Assembly: GCA_964106645.2 (NCBI GenBank)
Contig: OZ067040.1
Reading direction: 5' to 3' (one strand)
Length of the DNA: 64,000 nt
Source: Podarcis pityusensis
Lineage: Eukaryota
The notes beneath the pieces were generated by a model. It did no database searches and was not told the DNA's origin. It saw nothing but the letters and a program-made list of their open reading frames with translations. The position numbers were made by a program, and so were the translations under genes. Every line of letters starts with the position of its first letter. Within the stretch, counting starts at the first letter, position 1. Shown piece by piece: positions 1 through 13,960 of the stretch.

Positions 1-2227
1 TTAAAGCTCTTTGTACAGCCTTCCTTTTCCCATCAAAATTACTGAGCTGGATGCTGGTAACTTCTCATTTCCTCTAGTGTACGGAGAACTCTGTAATTTA
101 TAGTATTGCACAGATGCTAAAGTATATGGATCACCATCCTGTTACACATAACTTATGCTGTCAGTGGAAAATAAAAAGATAAGTGCAATCCATATTGCAA
201 AAGCATCACAGCATGATAAATTTGCAGCCTTTTTCTAGGTTATGCATCATTTTGTGGAATTTATATTGCTGTTGCAATAATGTCTGGTGTACGCCATGAA
301 TAACTTTGTGCTAATTACATTTGGATTCTGAAGCTGGGACTGTTTATGAAGACAATATTATGGCACCCTTGATTGTGGCACTAAAATAGATACCTTAAGT
401 GCAGAGTCTGGTGAATGATAGCAAAAAAACCCTAAAAACTAAAAGCTAAACAAGCCTCAGAGTAAAAAGAAGGCCATCACAACACAATACGTTCATTAAA
501 CTTTCTCACCTGCTTTCCCAAGCAGCACATTCTGAAACTGGTGACAAGGAAGTTAAACAATCATAATCACAATAGAGGTAAAAAGTCATGTAAAAACAAA
601 ACTGTTGTAAACACAAGTGCAAGCATAGTAAAATGAAATTGCAGATTAACACCAGCGATGTCCTGTGCCGATACTGAGTTGGTGGAGAACACAATCTTGC
701 GGGGCAGCAATCTGAGCAGCAAGTAAGACCCATTGAACACAGTATGGCTGAATAAACATGCATAGGATCACGCCATCTTTTAATTTGAAGAGCTTTTTGC
801 ATTTATTTCCTTTAAACAGCAGCCATTTGCACCAAGCTGCTCAAAAATTCTCCTGAGCAGCAAAACCTAACTGCAGCTGAATGGAAACCATGTGTCTGTA
901 TTTAAAAGGCTCAGTATTGTATTTGAAAAATATTCATAAATTATATTTTAAAAATTATTGATTGTGTGGCTTGGGGATATTTTATTTTCATGTTAATTGC
1001 ACTCCTTTAAATGTGCATTTTATATTTGACATCCTTTAGAAATGTTTTCTTTTGAAACGTTAAGATAATTTATTAGCTTTGCTGTGTTAAATGTGCATTC
1101 TGTACTTGATCACCTTAGTAATGTTTTATTTTGAAATCTTTAAGATAATATTTAGTTTCCTGTTAATTATGTTGCTTTGAATGTGTATTTGGCTTTCTTC
1201 TGTAATGTTTCACTCTGGGTTGTTTCATCTGATGTTTTAATGTAGGTTGTAAACCACTTTGTGATTTTTATAGAAATGAAATGAATAATAATGATGATGG
1301 TGATGATAATGATAATTTAGTCATTTTAATGGCCAGGGCATCCCCCATCAAATTCCGGAGATTTTAGTTTTGTAAAAAGACCAGAGAGCTGTAAGGCCAA
1401 GACTACCCTAGTCCTACTCAGAGTAGGCCCATTGGAGTTAATGGGCATGGTTAGGTTAGGTTCATTCATTCAGTTGGGCTACTCTGCGTAGTTTTTAGTG
1501 GATTAAAACCCATTATCTTGTTTACCCTTAACTGCATAAAGACAGATGTTAGCAGATAAGCATTTGTCAGAACCATAAAGAGTTGGTTTTCTTGCTACTG
1601 CACTGCTCAGGTAATGCCAAAGTGGGTACAAATTTGCTTGTGTTGTCAATCTAGGCTCAACCCTTTTGATTTACTACCATCTTTGTAAATATTTGAGCTG
1701 TGGTTGGAGAATGCACAAAGCATTGCTTTGACTCTGGTTAAACCAATACAGCACAATTATTCCCTTGACATCAGTGATACATCTGAGTAAACATACTTAA
1801 AATTATACAGTTAGCCTTAGGGGCCAGAAATTTTGCAGATATGTCTCTGGAACCTAGAGTGGTGGACAAGCAACTAGTATTTATTTAATAGCTTTAAATA
1901 TTACTGTGAAATGATCTCAGGGTGGGTCACACCATTGAGAAACTAAATGCAATTGAGCAATAAATGCCAATAAATTTTACTACTTCCCTCCAGCTGTCAC
2001 ACCCATCATGCTAGCCAACATTATAATTGCAAAAGACTGGGTGAAAGAGAAATGCTCCCAGCTGGCACCAAAACTAACTAGAGCTAGTACTGAGCTACAG
2101 TTACCTGGACTTTATGTGGTGATGGTGCAACCAGGGGGCCGTCTCAACTGATCTCAGATTGTTAGTAGGACAATGTAAGGAGATAAACTCCTTCAGGTTG
2201 CTGAGTTCTATGCTGGGTCTTAAATAG

Positions 2228-2820
2228 GTCCCATCTGCACTGTACATTTAAAGCAACACAATACCCAAAGAATCCTGAGAACTATCATTTGTTAAGAGCA
2301 CTGAGGTGCTAAGAGTTGTTAGCAGACACTCCAAGTGTCCCTATTTTCTGATTTGATCCCAGAATGTCCCACTTTTCCTCAGGACGTCCCTGTTTTCATT
2401 GGAGAAATGGGTATGGAGTTATATGACCCCTGAGCAATTTGAAGGCAGCCCTGTATAGGGAAGGTTTTTTGTTAATGTTTAATGTTTTATTATGTTTTTA
2501 TATATGGGCAACCCAGTCAGGTGGGAGGGGTTTAAATAGTCAAATTATTATTATGGAATGGGACATCCCTATTTTCCTTGGAGAAATGTTGGAGGGTATG
2601 TGTTAGGAGACTCTATTTCCCTCGCAGAGCTACAACTTTCAGAGTGACTCAAGAGTCAGTCCCTGATCCCAGGGAATGGTGGGAACTGTAGCTTTGTCAG
2701 TAGAAAATGGAATTGCCTAACAACTCCCAGCACCCTTAACCAGCTATAGTTCTCATGATTCTTTGGGGGGGACTAATGACCATTTAAAATGATATGATAC
2801 TGCTTTAAATGTGGGGCCTA
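2228..2820. mobile_element. Palindromic MITE interrupted by a nested element at 2323-2600
   Basis: Outer arms are inverted (acatttaaagca...ccaaagaatc vs gattctttgg...tgctttaaatgt). Inner element ends cagacactccaa / ttggagggtatg, flanked by a duplicated tgttag. Relatives at about 26560-26735 and 29500-29650. Confidence 0.7.
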
Positions 2821-4024
2821 GGTTTCAGAGGAGCTGCTACCCCTTGGAACAAGTGCTTATAGGCACAGTTTTAGATTCATAATATAAAGTACCCATACTA
2901 GAGAAAGAAGTCACACCAAACTCAGTGTTGACTACTGATGTATGTAACTTGGGTCGTGATCCCACTACACATCCACTTTTAGTGTTTTAGGGCAAAGGTT
3001 ACAGCATTCCTAGCATAATAATGTTCAGAACCAACCTTTTCTCTCTATTTGTAGGAGAATCTGGCTGCGCAGAGAGCTGTTGTCCAACCTCTATGACAAC
3101 CATGAAGCTACTTCCCTTTCTCCTTCCCTACCCCGTGTGGCTGTGCTGATCATTGATTGGCTGGCCCTTGTGCTTTGAAGATTTACTGGGAAATAATGAA
3201 TTTTAATTTTAATTTTGTTTAAACATAAGCAAGCCATCCACATCAATAACCAAAACAGAAATTTGTCTGTCTGGAAGTTTCAGGAAATTAATTGCTTTTA
3301 GCAAGCAAAATGCCTTCCTTCCCCACCCACCATTCATTTCCCTGACTCTGGCATGTTACGAATTGTAATTTTTCACTAAATGCTTCATCTGCAGGAAGGC
3401 TACTGGGTGTTCTGTTTAAAACACAAGCCCTCTCTCATTAAATGAACTGGCAACAATTTCAGCAAATCTTACTAACGTGGTAGTCTAAGATTTAATTCCA
3501 AAACAAAGTGCTGCATTATGCAAGTTTGGGGGGGTGTCCAATAAAAATAGATACTGGTGCCTGGCAGCAACCAAACATCTTGTGATAGATCATGATGCCT
3601 TTGAAAACATCTTCCATGACCAAATGAGTACAAGACTTTCCCCTTCATCTTGTACTTTACGCTTTTCTTAAGAATATTAATGCCATTATGTTGGTACAAA
3701 TCACAGCTTCTTTCCTTTTAGATGAGGGCCACGGACACATTTCTTTCAGCCATAAGGAGATATAAATGCATGCCTTTCCTCGACAACTAGAGGTCATGCA
3801 GCTTAATGGATGACAGAGCCTGAGCTGTAAACTAGGAAGTCCTGTGTATGAATCTCTCCTCAAGTTATGAGATACTTAATAGCATTACTGTGCAATCCTG
3901 TACATATCTCCAGAGAAGTACATCCCATTGAGTTTAATGAAGCTATGGAATTTCAGCCTTATGCAACTCACTTGCACCTGGCTACTGTAACTGGAATCTG
4001 GAAGGATAATAACAATACTACCTT

Positions 4025-4308
4025 AAAGGTAAAAGTAAAGGTACCCCTGACCATTAGGTCCAGTCGTGACCGACTCTGGGGTTGCGGCGCTCATCTCGCT
4101 CTATGGGCTGAGGGAGCCGGCGTTTGTCCACAGACAGCTTCCGGGTCATGTGGCCAGCATGACTAAGCCACTTCTGGTGAACCAGAGCAGCGCACGGAAA
4201 CGCCGTTTACCTTCCCGCCCTATTTATCTACTTGCACTTTGACGTGCTTTCGAACTGCTAGGTTGGCAGGAGCAGGGACCGAGCAACGGGAGCTCACCCC
4301 GTCGTGGG
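4025..4308 (-). mobile_element. Sauria SINE, 5'-truncated
   Basis: (AAGGTA)n tail, i.e. reverse-complement (TACCTT)n; body near-identical to the copy at 37630-37981; tRNA head missing. Confidence 0.9.
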
Positions 4309-5499
4309 TTTTATAAGGATTTGTACGCACTGAACGCCATATAAATGCTAAGAGTTTTTAATAAGTTACACCAGTTAATTTTGCAAAGCCAGCTGCATGG
4401 TCTGAATACTGTCAGCTTGCAGTTGTGCTCAGGGACTCTTTCCAAAAACAGTTTATTTTGAATTTTCTAGCCCGCCCTCAATGAATGAGTTGCCCTTTCA
4501 TTCAGAAATGTACCCCAAGTGTCATTTCAGAAGCAACCTTAATGCAATAACTGTACTTTATCTGCAGTTATAGCACAGGATTTTGATTCTTACTTGAAAC
4601 AGTTCAGCTGAATAACAGAAGAGGGATTTGAACAAGTGCTATTTTCTTTTAACTCCCACCCCCTTTAGATGGTTGCTGGATGTTTCCACATCTGCTTGTC
4701 TTTTTGGTTGCTGTCTGTGTTTTGAAGAAACATCCAATATTTTTTCAATGATCTCATTACATTTTGTATATTTCAAAGGATGGTTGTTGTTGTTGTTTTA
4801 CTTTATTTTTTTATCTTTTGTGGACAGCTTTGAGGTTTTTTAACCATCAAGCGCTGTGTAAATTTTATTAAAGAAATAAGCCTTTTCTTAGAGAACCACC
4901 CTTTTAAAATACAAAAGTCAATTAATGCCTATGCTACAGGCAATTACAACTCTACAGTACACATATTTAGTGCATTCGCACTTTACCTTTTAAAATGCAT
5001 ACGTTAGAGGGAGACATCCAGCATAATGCAGCCAGATGTCCCTTTGCATAACAGGGCTTCTCCTTCCTCTTCTCCCACCTGCAATTCCAAAATCTGCTCT
5101 GGGGGTGGGATTTGGGTTCTCTCTGGAGCATTTGCAATTTTGGAGCTAATGGAAAGATAAGAAAAACTGAAGGTCTCATTGTGCAAATGGACGCATGTTG
5201 CACGATTAGACAGACATCACTGGATCTTGCACAATATATCTTAGGTGCTCGCCTAAAAATGTAATCAGTATGGTGACCCTAAATAATACTGAGTGCATCA
5301 GATCTCTCACACTCTGTTTGTACAGCTTCCAAAGTAAGTGGTATTTGCCTATTTCCAAATGAACCTTGAAGACACTATATGTTTTTTTAAAAAAAAATAT
5401 TAAGGAGATTTGGAAGCAGGAAAACACACTAAAGAAAGCTACCGGAAATCCTCAGAAGAAGCTGAGAATGGTTTCCTGATGGGGCAACTGCATTTTGCC

Positions 5500-8400
5500 A
5501 AGATACATTTTTAAGTTAACTTTGGAGTAAGCTCAAGTCAAGCTGCCATATGGAATTACTCCGTGCCGCAAAGCTGGCCCAGGAACAAATATTATTTAAA
5601 ATATATATTCTGTATGAATTCCTCCAACGGTGATACATTTGCATTACTCCCACATGCTATCAGTTTCCAACAGTAAACATCATTCATATTCATTCATAAT
5701 GGAGAATCATGAAATAACGAAGTTGTACTTGTGCTTGGTTATTTTGACAACACTACAAAGCAGAACCATATTAAGTTATTTGCCTCAAAGCCTGCTGGCA
5801 CCTGCAGTTTAGCATATTTACTACCATACTTTGGAAGATTGATCACAGGAAGCCAAGCTATCCCCTTTTTAAAAAATCAGAATCAGCTGTTTTTCTGCAA
5901 GCAGTCTGTCTGATCATCGCCTTCAGGATAACCGATATGTTTCTTTTGTGCTAAATGCATTTATACATTTGGAGTCCTAGTAGCCTTAGGCAAACCCAGT
6001 TGCCACTAAGATAACAACCCTCCTTTAAACTTTATCAGTAATAAACAAGATAGGAAACAAACTGCGACTCTCACCCTTGCTTGCCAGGCATGGGCTGCCA
6101 CCATAGTTGTGGTGGCAGCTCAAAGTAGACTCTCTTAACTGTAGAGACTCTCTACAGAGAGTGGGCTCTCAGTTAGATAACAATGGTATTGCTTCAGAAA
6201 TATTTTCCCCAACAGCCTCAGGTCTAATTTAAAATCTGTGTGAACTGGGTTGTCTTAAGTTCTCATGCAGCATAATCATAACTGTGGCCTGGGCAGATAT
6301 CATATTGTAAACTAATACTGGGCACACAGTTACCTAGTTTAGATATGACAGAAGGTGAGTGAGATGCTGCACAGGTAAGTATCATTTGCCTTTGTGCAAA
6401 GGATAAGGGTTTAACTGCAAAAAGAATCAAGAAACCAGACAGAGACTACATATTGGTAGCTGTATTTTTTAAAGAAAAATTTCTTCACATAATAAATACA
6501 TCTTATACACATTGACTTCAAATTTACTTCAGAAATCTATTTACAATATAAATAATTATAAATGGAAACAATTTTCAAGATATTGGTGACATAGCTAAGT
6601 TGGGTTTCCTACATTACATTCCAAAGGAGAACTTCAAATTACAGATGTTATGCTACAATGTCACTAGAACAGGAACATTGCAAGTCGTGGTGTTTGTGAT
6701 GTTGGCAACTTTGCACTTTTGCCATACCAGCAAGTAATCCTTTTGGCCTTCCTGATCCTAAACACATTTTCTTCAGTTTTACAATTTGCTCTGAAGTGCT
6801 CCGCAGAGCTTCCCCATTCACTTCAATGGAGGACGCCTACATTCCTTTACATGCATAGAGCAGCCCATTCCATTGAGTTATCGGAAATGCCTGTGAGCGC
6901 AAAAGGAGCTCAGTATGTGCCTTAGAGTGCTGGATCAGACACATTATCATATGGGATAAAAGACCTTTTGATTTTGGTGGAACTCCAAGTAAATATGCTT
7001 ATAGTAATCACCTTATTCACTGAACCTGAGCATGCTTATTTGGAATTGATTTGTTTTAGAATAAATGGGACCTGCTTTTAAGTCAGTGGGTAGAATCCGG
7101 CTGGTCCTCCTGTTGCTGTTGCTCCAACAGAAGGCATCCACTACTGGAATAGGAGGAGGGGAGGGGTTTTTGCTGATGTCCCCTCCACCCTGCAGTCCCC
7201 ACAGAAATCTGTTTACCATTAGCAGACCCCCTCCCTGATGAATTCAAAGCCCATGCCCTTGCGCCAATGGAATACCACCCAATTGGTTTAGAAACAGGGT
7301 GTCTGCATGTCCGTGAAAAAACAAAGCAAAATGCGTCGTTATCTTAGAAGTGCTCTTGGATGCAGTTATGTTTGACCTTTAAAAAATCCCTTTAAGGAAA
7401 AATAAGACCATATCAATACTTAACAGAAAATAGTTGTGTATATTAATTTCTCTTTTCTTCTTAAAGTAAAACACTGTTCTTTCATAATAAGCTTATGTAA
7501 TTGCTTGGTTTTAAGAACACTTTTTCCATTTGAAAAGTAAGCAACATGCATTAAAAATAAATAAGAGTTTGTTTTTATAAATAGCTTAAATGACTACAAT
7601 AATAATTGAGCATATTTGTTTTCGCTGTTAAAAAGAGAGGTTAGTAGCTGTGACTAGAACTGGACACTTCTATTTTTCAGCCCAATCGTAGCCAAGCTGG
7701 ATGCAATTAAGGGTATGATTTCAGTGGCTTAAGTGCACCTTACTTGGCTAGGACAAGACACTTTGGCTTGGACTGTAACATGTTCCATTCACAGAACAGG
7801 ACTGTCCTGCCTTCTCCTTCACTCTGAAGCCCTCACACCCTCGACACACATACATACATACAAACAAACAAACAAAAAAATGGGTTCAGAATAGAAGAGC
7901 ACATGGCAAAGCAACTGCAGGAGAAAGGGTGGCTACCAAAACTGCGTTAGCAAAGGCATCTAATGCTGATTCTGCCACCTTCTGAATTCCAAGTCTTTGT
8001 CTTTAATGCCAGCTTTACTGTTTCCTACCATGAAGAGTGCCACAACTCATAAATGAGCCATCTTTCATCAGCAGGTATATTCTTCCCATCTGAAGCCAAG
8101 ATTAAACCACAAGACTTTTCTGTCTTTGAAGTGAGCATCAGTTGTCCTTAGCTTGTCCTACGGTAGTCTCCATGATAAATACACGATATTGTTTTATTAT
8201 GCAAAATAAAAATGCATTGCAGTGCCTATTCTGCAAAAACAACAAAAGCTTCTGAATTTCTCTATCAAAATATTTAATTTTCTGTTGAGGCACATTCTGG
8301 AGGTAACAGTCAACCATAAATAAAAGAACAGCCTCAGATAGATGGCAGTTTATGCTATTTTGATGGGAATGAGTAGCCTTGCTGTTTTACTTGCATTGTT

Positions 8401-11400
8401 TCCAGATTCTTGGAAAGATCAGAGGAAAGCCATGTGACGAAATAAGAAAACTTTTAAATGCATAAACAAATAAAGTAATATAATTCCTATCAGAATCACC
8501 CAGGCCAGAGCTAAACCCAGTCTGTGGTTTTCCTGGGAGCAGATCATTCTACAGAAGGCAACTGCACCAAAACTATACAGCAAACATGAAAGTTAGAGGA
8601 AACTGACTGCATATAAGCTCAAAATCAACAGAAAGGCTGGATTTTGGATTTCGTGCTTTAATTTTAAGTGCATTTTAGCTCTGGGGATAGATTCCAGGTT
8701 TTGGCAGATACATGAAAGAATGTTCAAACTGTGATGAAAAACACTTGAGTTTCAGTGAAAAGAAAGCAAGTGTCCAATTAGCAAAAGAAAGCAAATAACC
8801 ATTTAGTTGTTGTTTTAAAACAAAAACAAAACAAAAAAAATCAAGCACCCCCAGGAAGTCTTCCAGATGAGGAAGAACATCACGTCAACATGCATTTTGC
8901 AGTATTTGTTAAGCACTCCAAAATCGTAGCACACGTTTCAACTGATTTGGAGCACTGAATCTTAAACCAAATACCCACCTTTTGGGTGTATTAATGCACC
9001 ATTTCGCAATATTAATTGGGGGTGGGGGCATTAAAGCTCTGAAAATAAGACCAATTGCATTTATGCACAAGACAGCCTAGTCCTTCAATCCTCTCCTATC
9101 CTTTTTGTAAAATATGCTGTACAACAGCATGTAATTTTTATTTAAAATTTGATAGACCACATAACCATTTAAAATTAACAGGTGGCCGTTGTCATAACCA
9201 GGCAGAGGCATTGCATAAGCACTTCATTGTGAAGAGATCTAGCTGAGGCTCAAGCATATGGACATTCTAGCTTAAACAGCTGCACCAAATGGATTACCTT
9301 TCAGGTCTTAGACTCTAGAGTGTGCTATCGGACTCTGACAACTCTTGATGGGATCCATAGAATCTCAGCTTTCTTTTTTTCTTTTTATACAACACACTAC
9401 TACCATAACCCTAAATGAATCTACACTGAAAGAGGGGAGTGGGTAGAAGGTAGATTTAGACTGCAGCATCATACTCTTCAGACATTTGGACAGAATGTGC
9501 AGACACTGTAAAACCTTCCACCCAGAGCATACACATGGATGCATCATGTAAGAGCTAACCCAGCACAACCATGTTTGCCAGTGGCACTTCTTCATAGTGA
9601 TTTATGTAAGCAGTATGTGGGTGGGGGGAATGGGCTGCCAGACTCATACTGTGATCATCAAAGGCTGTATTCAGTAACATGGTTGTATCACATTAGGCAT
9701 CACTTCTTCCACATGGCTGGAAGGGATACATAGAATCATAGAGTTGTAGGGACCTTGAGAGTCATCTAGTCCAATCCCTTGCAATGCAGGAATCTCAACT
9801 ACATTATGTGGAGCGTTTTAGGGGCTCTGGAGTCTGGGCTAGGCACCTGCCACAGGGATTTCAAAGCTAGTCAGAAGCATAGAGGATACTGCATGATGCA
9901 GAATATCAAACACAGTCCAATCCAAAGCATCATTACTGCAGTGCCGTTGTGAGTGGATTTCACACTTTCGGCTATGAGGAAAGGCTTAGAAACATCAGGG
10001 CATAGTATGCTAAAGACCCAGCATACTTCCAGACTATCACAATTTTTGAGTGGGATTCAAATACATCCTGGAAAGTTCATCTTGCAAAACACACTCCCCC
10101 CAAAGATCAGACCTTTTCCAATAAGGAAAGTGATAGGGGCATGTAGTGGAAAGTGAGGGATAACACTTTCTTGATGCAGTGCCGTCCTACCACCCCACAG
10201 ACAAAGCAAGATAAATGCTCATTAAATAGCCAACATTGACTAATCTCTCTGGAAGATACCTCAGAAACCAGGTGGCAGTAATTCACAAAGCTTCCCGATG
10301 TCACGGCAAAGTTGTGGTTGATAATTTTAAACATTAGGAATAATCGAATCAATACGAAGTCTCATGATTAGTCCACTTGCTTGACCAACTCTGTATGTGA
10401 CAGAGGAGGCATTACACTGTGTTGATACTTGTACGATAGCAAAACATTTTCACGGCAACCATTGGGGCCTCTGCATAAGCCCCAATCATTCCCAAAGAGC
10501 TCTCATGGGACCATTGAAAGTTGCACTTCACTGGCCTGTTTCTTATCATCCCTGCCAGCTTTGATGCATTTTCAGAATTTTCTGAAACTGGGCAAGCCAA
10601 CCATTCTCCACACTTTTGCTGAATTTTCCCTCCTTTCTCCCCACCTCCAAGTTGTGTTTCTGTTTTTCTGACACACCTGTGTTTCTGACCCTCAGCCTCT
10701 CTAACATCACCTCTGTTGGACTTTTCCACAATCCCTTCTATTTTTTTAGCACAGGTAGGATGAGCCTTTGGCCCTTCAGATGTAGCTGAACTACAGCTCT
10801 CATCAGCCCCAGGAAGCCTGGCCAATGGCTAGTGATTATGGGAGTTGCAGTTCAGCACCATTTTGGAGGGCCAAATGTTCCCCACATCTATTTTAGCAAA
10901 TCAGGAAGTTCTCTCTCCACACACAACTCAGTCATTCTTAGACCGAGGACAGGGCATGCCAAGTTGTGGGAAATGAATTATGTTTGAATGCTCTTCCTTT
11001 TCTTGCTTAACTTCCACTATGCTCTATCTTCTACTATACTCCTTCCCAGAATGTAACCATTTCCCATGAAGTGATCACAATCTGATAGTCTCCTCTCCTG
11101 TATAACTATGCAGTTTCCAGAAGATTGAAGGGACCCATGCGCAGCAGCACTCAACGTCCTGATATTGCACAGGGGCCCCTTCTGAACATTGAGGGACCCC
11201 TGCCACTTCAAAAAAATGTTTGGGGGCCCCACGGTGCCCCAGGAGTCAATGGCCTTGGCAGTTACATCGCTTCTGCTACTCCGAACCAGGATAATAATGG
11301 CTCGCCGCCCTTCTGTTTCTCCCTTGTCACATGACCTCAGCAAGCGGTTCTCTTCCTGTCTGTGTTTGTTGTCCAGCAAGTCAGCTTCCAGGTCAAATAC

Positions 11401-11987
11401 CCATATAATAGCCAATACCCTATCAAAGAATCACACCGGCCCTATAACTTTTATCTAGCCATTCTTTGCAGTCACTGGAGAAGCAGGACCAGTATAAATA
11501 TGAAACTGCACAGATAGCTTTGTTTTAAAATGGGGGGGGGGGGCTGCATTTCACTTTCTTTTTCATGGAAAGAGTGCATAGCAGTTTTTGTCTTATGAGG
11601 GTGTGGCAGGTAGCCAGCGGCTTAGAAATTCAGTCGCTCTCTCTACATCCTCATATATTTCCACACAATGAAAAATCTGCTCACTTGATGTACCCCAGAA
11701 GCTCCCAGAATAGATCTCCTCCACCATAATGTAGCATCAGCTTTGTGATTCAACTGACTGCTGTAACCTTAACTGAGACCAGTGCATTTTCAACAGTAAC
11801 TTAAATAAAGCAACACTTCCCCAGTACCTTACAAGTATTCTCTCTAGTGCATTGTAGTTTTATCAAATGCCAGTAACAGCAAGGGTATCAAAACACGTGT
11901 GCCTGCTGTTACTACTGCAAAGATATTTTCCTAGCACAAACTTTTTTTAAAAAGAAGAGAAATGAAAAAGGGGTTGGGAAACACCCA
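5500..11987 (-). other. Probable long SIM1 3' UTR (distal end uncertain)
   Basis: Follows the stop codon. AU-rich, repeat-poor blocks at about 6450-6720, 7320-7640 and 8760-9250; AATAAA on the minus strand at 8193-8198; Pumilio-type UGUAAAUA at 6538-6545. Confidence 0.45.
9728..9800 (-). mobile_element. CR1-type 3' tail fragment
   Basis: catagaatcatagagttgtagggacc...tctagtccaatccc, homologous to 17429 and 38995-39050. Confidence 0.7.
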
Positions 11988-12727
11988 TCAGCTCCCATTG
12001 GTTATTATAACAGATGTCCCCTTATGTCCCTGTGCTGGATCTTGCTGCATCCGTAGATGAGACGTCACATCAAAGTGTGACCCATTGCAACCCAAAGAAT
12101 AGTTCCTGATGGTTTCGCTGTCGTAAAGGTGCTCCAGAGCATATCCTGTTAGCGTGTATGCATGCTTATCAAAGTACTGCCGATGGGAATTGTAATAGTT
12201 TGGGGATTCTGCTGAGCTATCCCCTGGAGTTTGATGAGGCGACACTTCTGACTGAAGGCAGTCCTTAGCCAGTATCAAACTGGATTTAGAAATTCGGTCA
12301 GAATTGGGGCTGCTTATTCTAGACAGTGCCGTGGGGCTGTTGTCATAGTCATTGTCATGGGGGCTCATCATCTTCCCATCTTGTTGCTGCGTGTGTTCGC
12401 AGGGAGATGTGTTGGTGACACTAGGGACCCTGCAGGCATCTCCTCTCAGCTGTTGTTGCTGCTGGTGGTGGTAGCTTGCAAAGCAAACAGAGTGCTTTTT
12501 CCCTGCTCCGTTAATGGAAACCAGCTGATCGGGAGTCGACTTCCGCAACTGCAGCCTGTTTTCTTCTTCTTTAATCATTTGCTGAGTCGCTCTTATGAGA
12601 GTCTCAATTTTGCTGGGCTCGTGTGGGCTGCCCTGATACTGCTCAGAGTGGTATCGGTCACCTGATTCACTAGCAGAACCAGGGTCTGGGGAACTGACAA
12701 CGCTTTCTTCATCCCAGTGCCCTCTTC
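11988..12727 (-). CDS. SIM1: SIM1 terminal coding exon 11 (740 nt including TGA): [15 protein letters not shown]...TSVIITNGS*
   Basis: Within ORF 11988..12761; ttctag|GA; stop codon at 11988-11990. Confidence 0.97.
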
Positions 12728-13334
12728 CTAGAAAGTGGGGTAAAACAAAGGAGAGAAGCAATCAGCAACGGGCTGTACACAGTCAGAGAACAGCAGAACA
12801 TTCAGACCTTATGCACGCCCAGTGGGAATATAACTCTTATAATAACTACAAGTCTTCTGCAACCATGAAATGGTGAAATTAAGCCTCCCCACCACCTGTT
12901 TCTCTGACCTTGTTACCAGTTCACAACACTGAAGTATCAGCAGAAGGGCACAACTGACAGAACTCCCCTGTCACAGTTCAAGTCAGCCTTTGCCAACCTA
13001 GATCTTCTTAGGCTCTAGCAACTTTCAATCCCAGACAGTGTGACCAGTGGTCAGGGATTGTGGAATTTGTAGTTCACAACATCGCACCAAGTTGGGGAAT
13101 TCTGGTTTAGACTCTAGGGCAGTGGGGGGGGGGGAACCTGCAGCTAATGGGTCACTCTAGGCCCACCAAATCAGCTGCCCAATTTGTCCCACAAAGTGAT
13201 TTTTGGCTGGCCATGCCCGCCTGTCACATACACCTGACATCAGGTGTGGAACAGGTAAAGCCACAGCTGCCAAAGAACAAAAAAAAATGCACAGTTTAGA
13301 GTGGACTCCTTGTCATTCTTTTGTTATACTCTTC

Positions 13335-13455
13335 TTGGTAGTGGCACCCTCCCTGTGGAACGCCCTCCCTTCAGATGTCAAGGAGATAAAGAATTACACA
13401 ACTTTTAGAAGACATCTGAAGGCAGCCCTGTATTGGAAGGCTTTTTTATTATTAT
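13335..13455 (+). mobile_element. L2 LINE 3' end fragment
   Basis: Encodes VVAPSLWNALPSDVKEIKNYTTFRRHLKAALY, typical of the L2 ORF2 C-terminus. Confidence 0.8.
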
Positions 13456-13887
13456 AATTGGCTTGCATTCAGCACTATTAAATTTTGCACCAAATACAAG
13501 TTCCATTGCTTTCTGCAAAGATCAGATCCACCTGATGCCATATTATGGTATTAAATGATTGACAGGGGATGCCCCCACTTGTCAAAATATGGCCAATGAG
13601 TGTAAAACTTCATTTTTAATAGAAAAAATATTCCCTAATTTTAAAGATGCTTGACACTTCAATCATGGTCACACTTTTGGAAGTCCTACTGTGCAAGCAG
13701 AATTAACTTACAAGTAGCCATATAATTTGTTGATGTTAAATGTGTTCTGTTGTATTTCAATCATTTTTTTAATTATTAATTGTATTTTATAATGTTTTAA
13801 ATGTTGCAAGCCACCTTGAATCCCAATTTGGGATTCAGATAATGCAGAATAATAACAATTGACTGGCTGAAATGGTCCTTTTAAAAA

Positions 13888-13891
13888 TCTG

Positions 13892-13958
<67 letters not shown>
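13888..13958. repeat. Compound microsatellite (GTCT)n(CT)n(CA)n
   Basis: Seen directly in sequence. Confidence 0.95.

Positions 13959-13960
<2 letters not shown>

Noticed and set aside
4864-4869. Minus-strand AATAAA as the SIM1 poly(A) signal
   Set aside because: Lies in an AT-rich, LINE-tail-like segment with no supporting context
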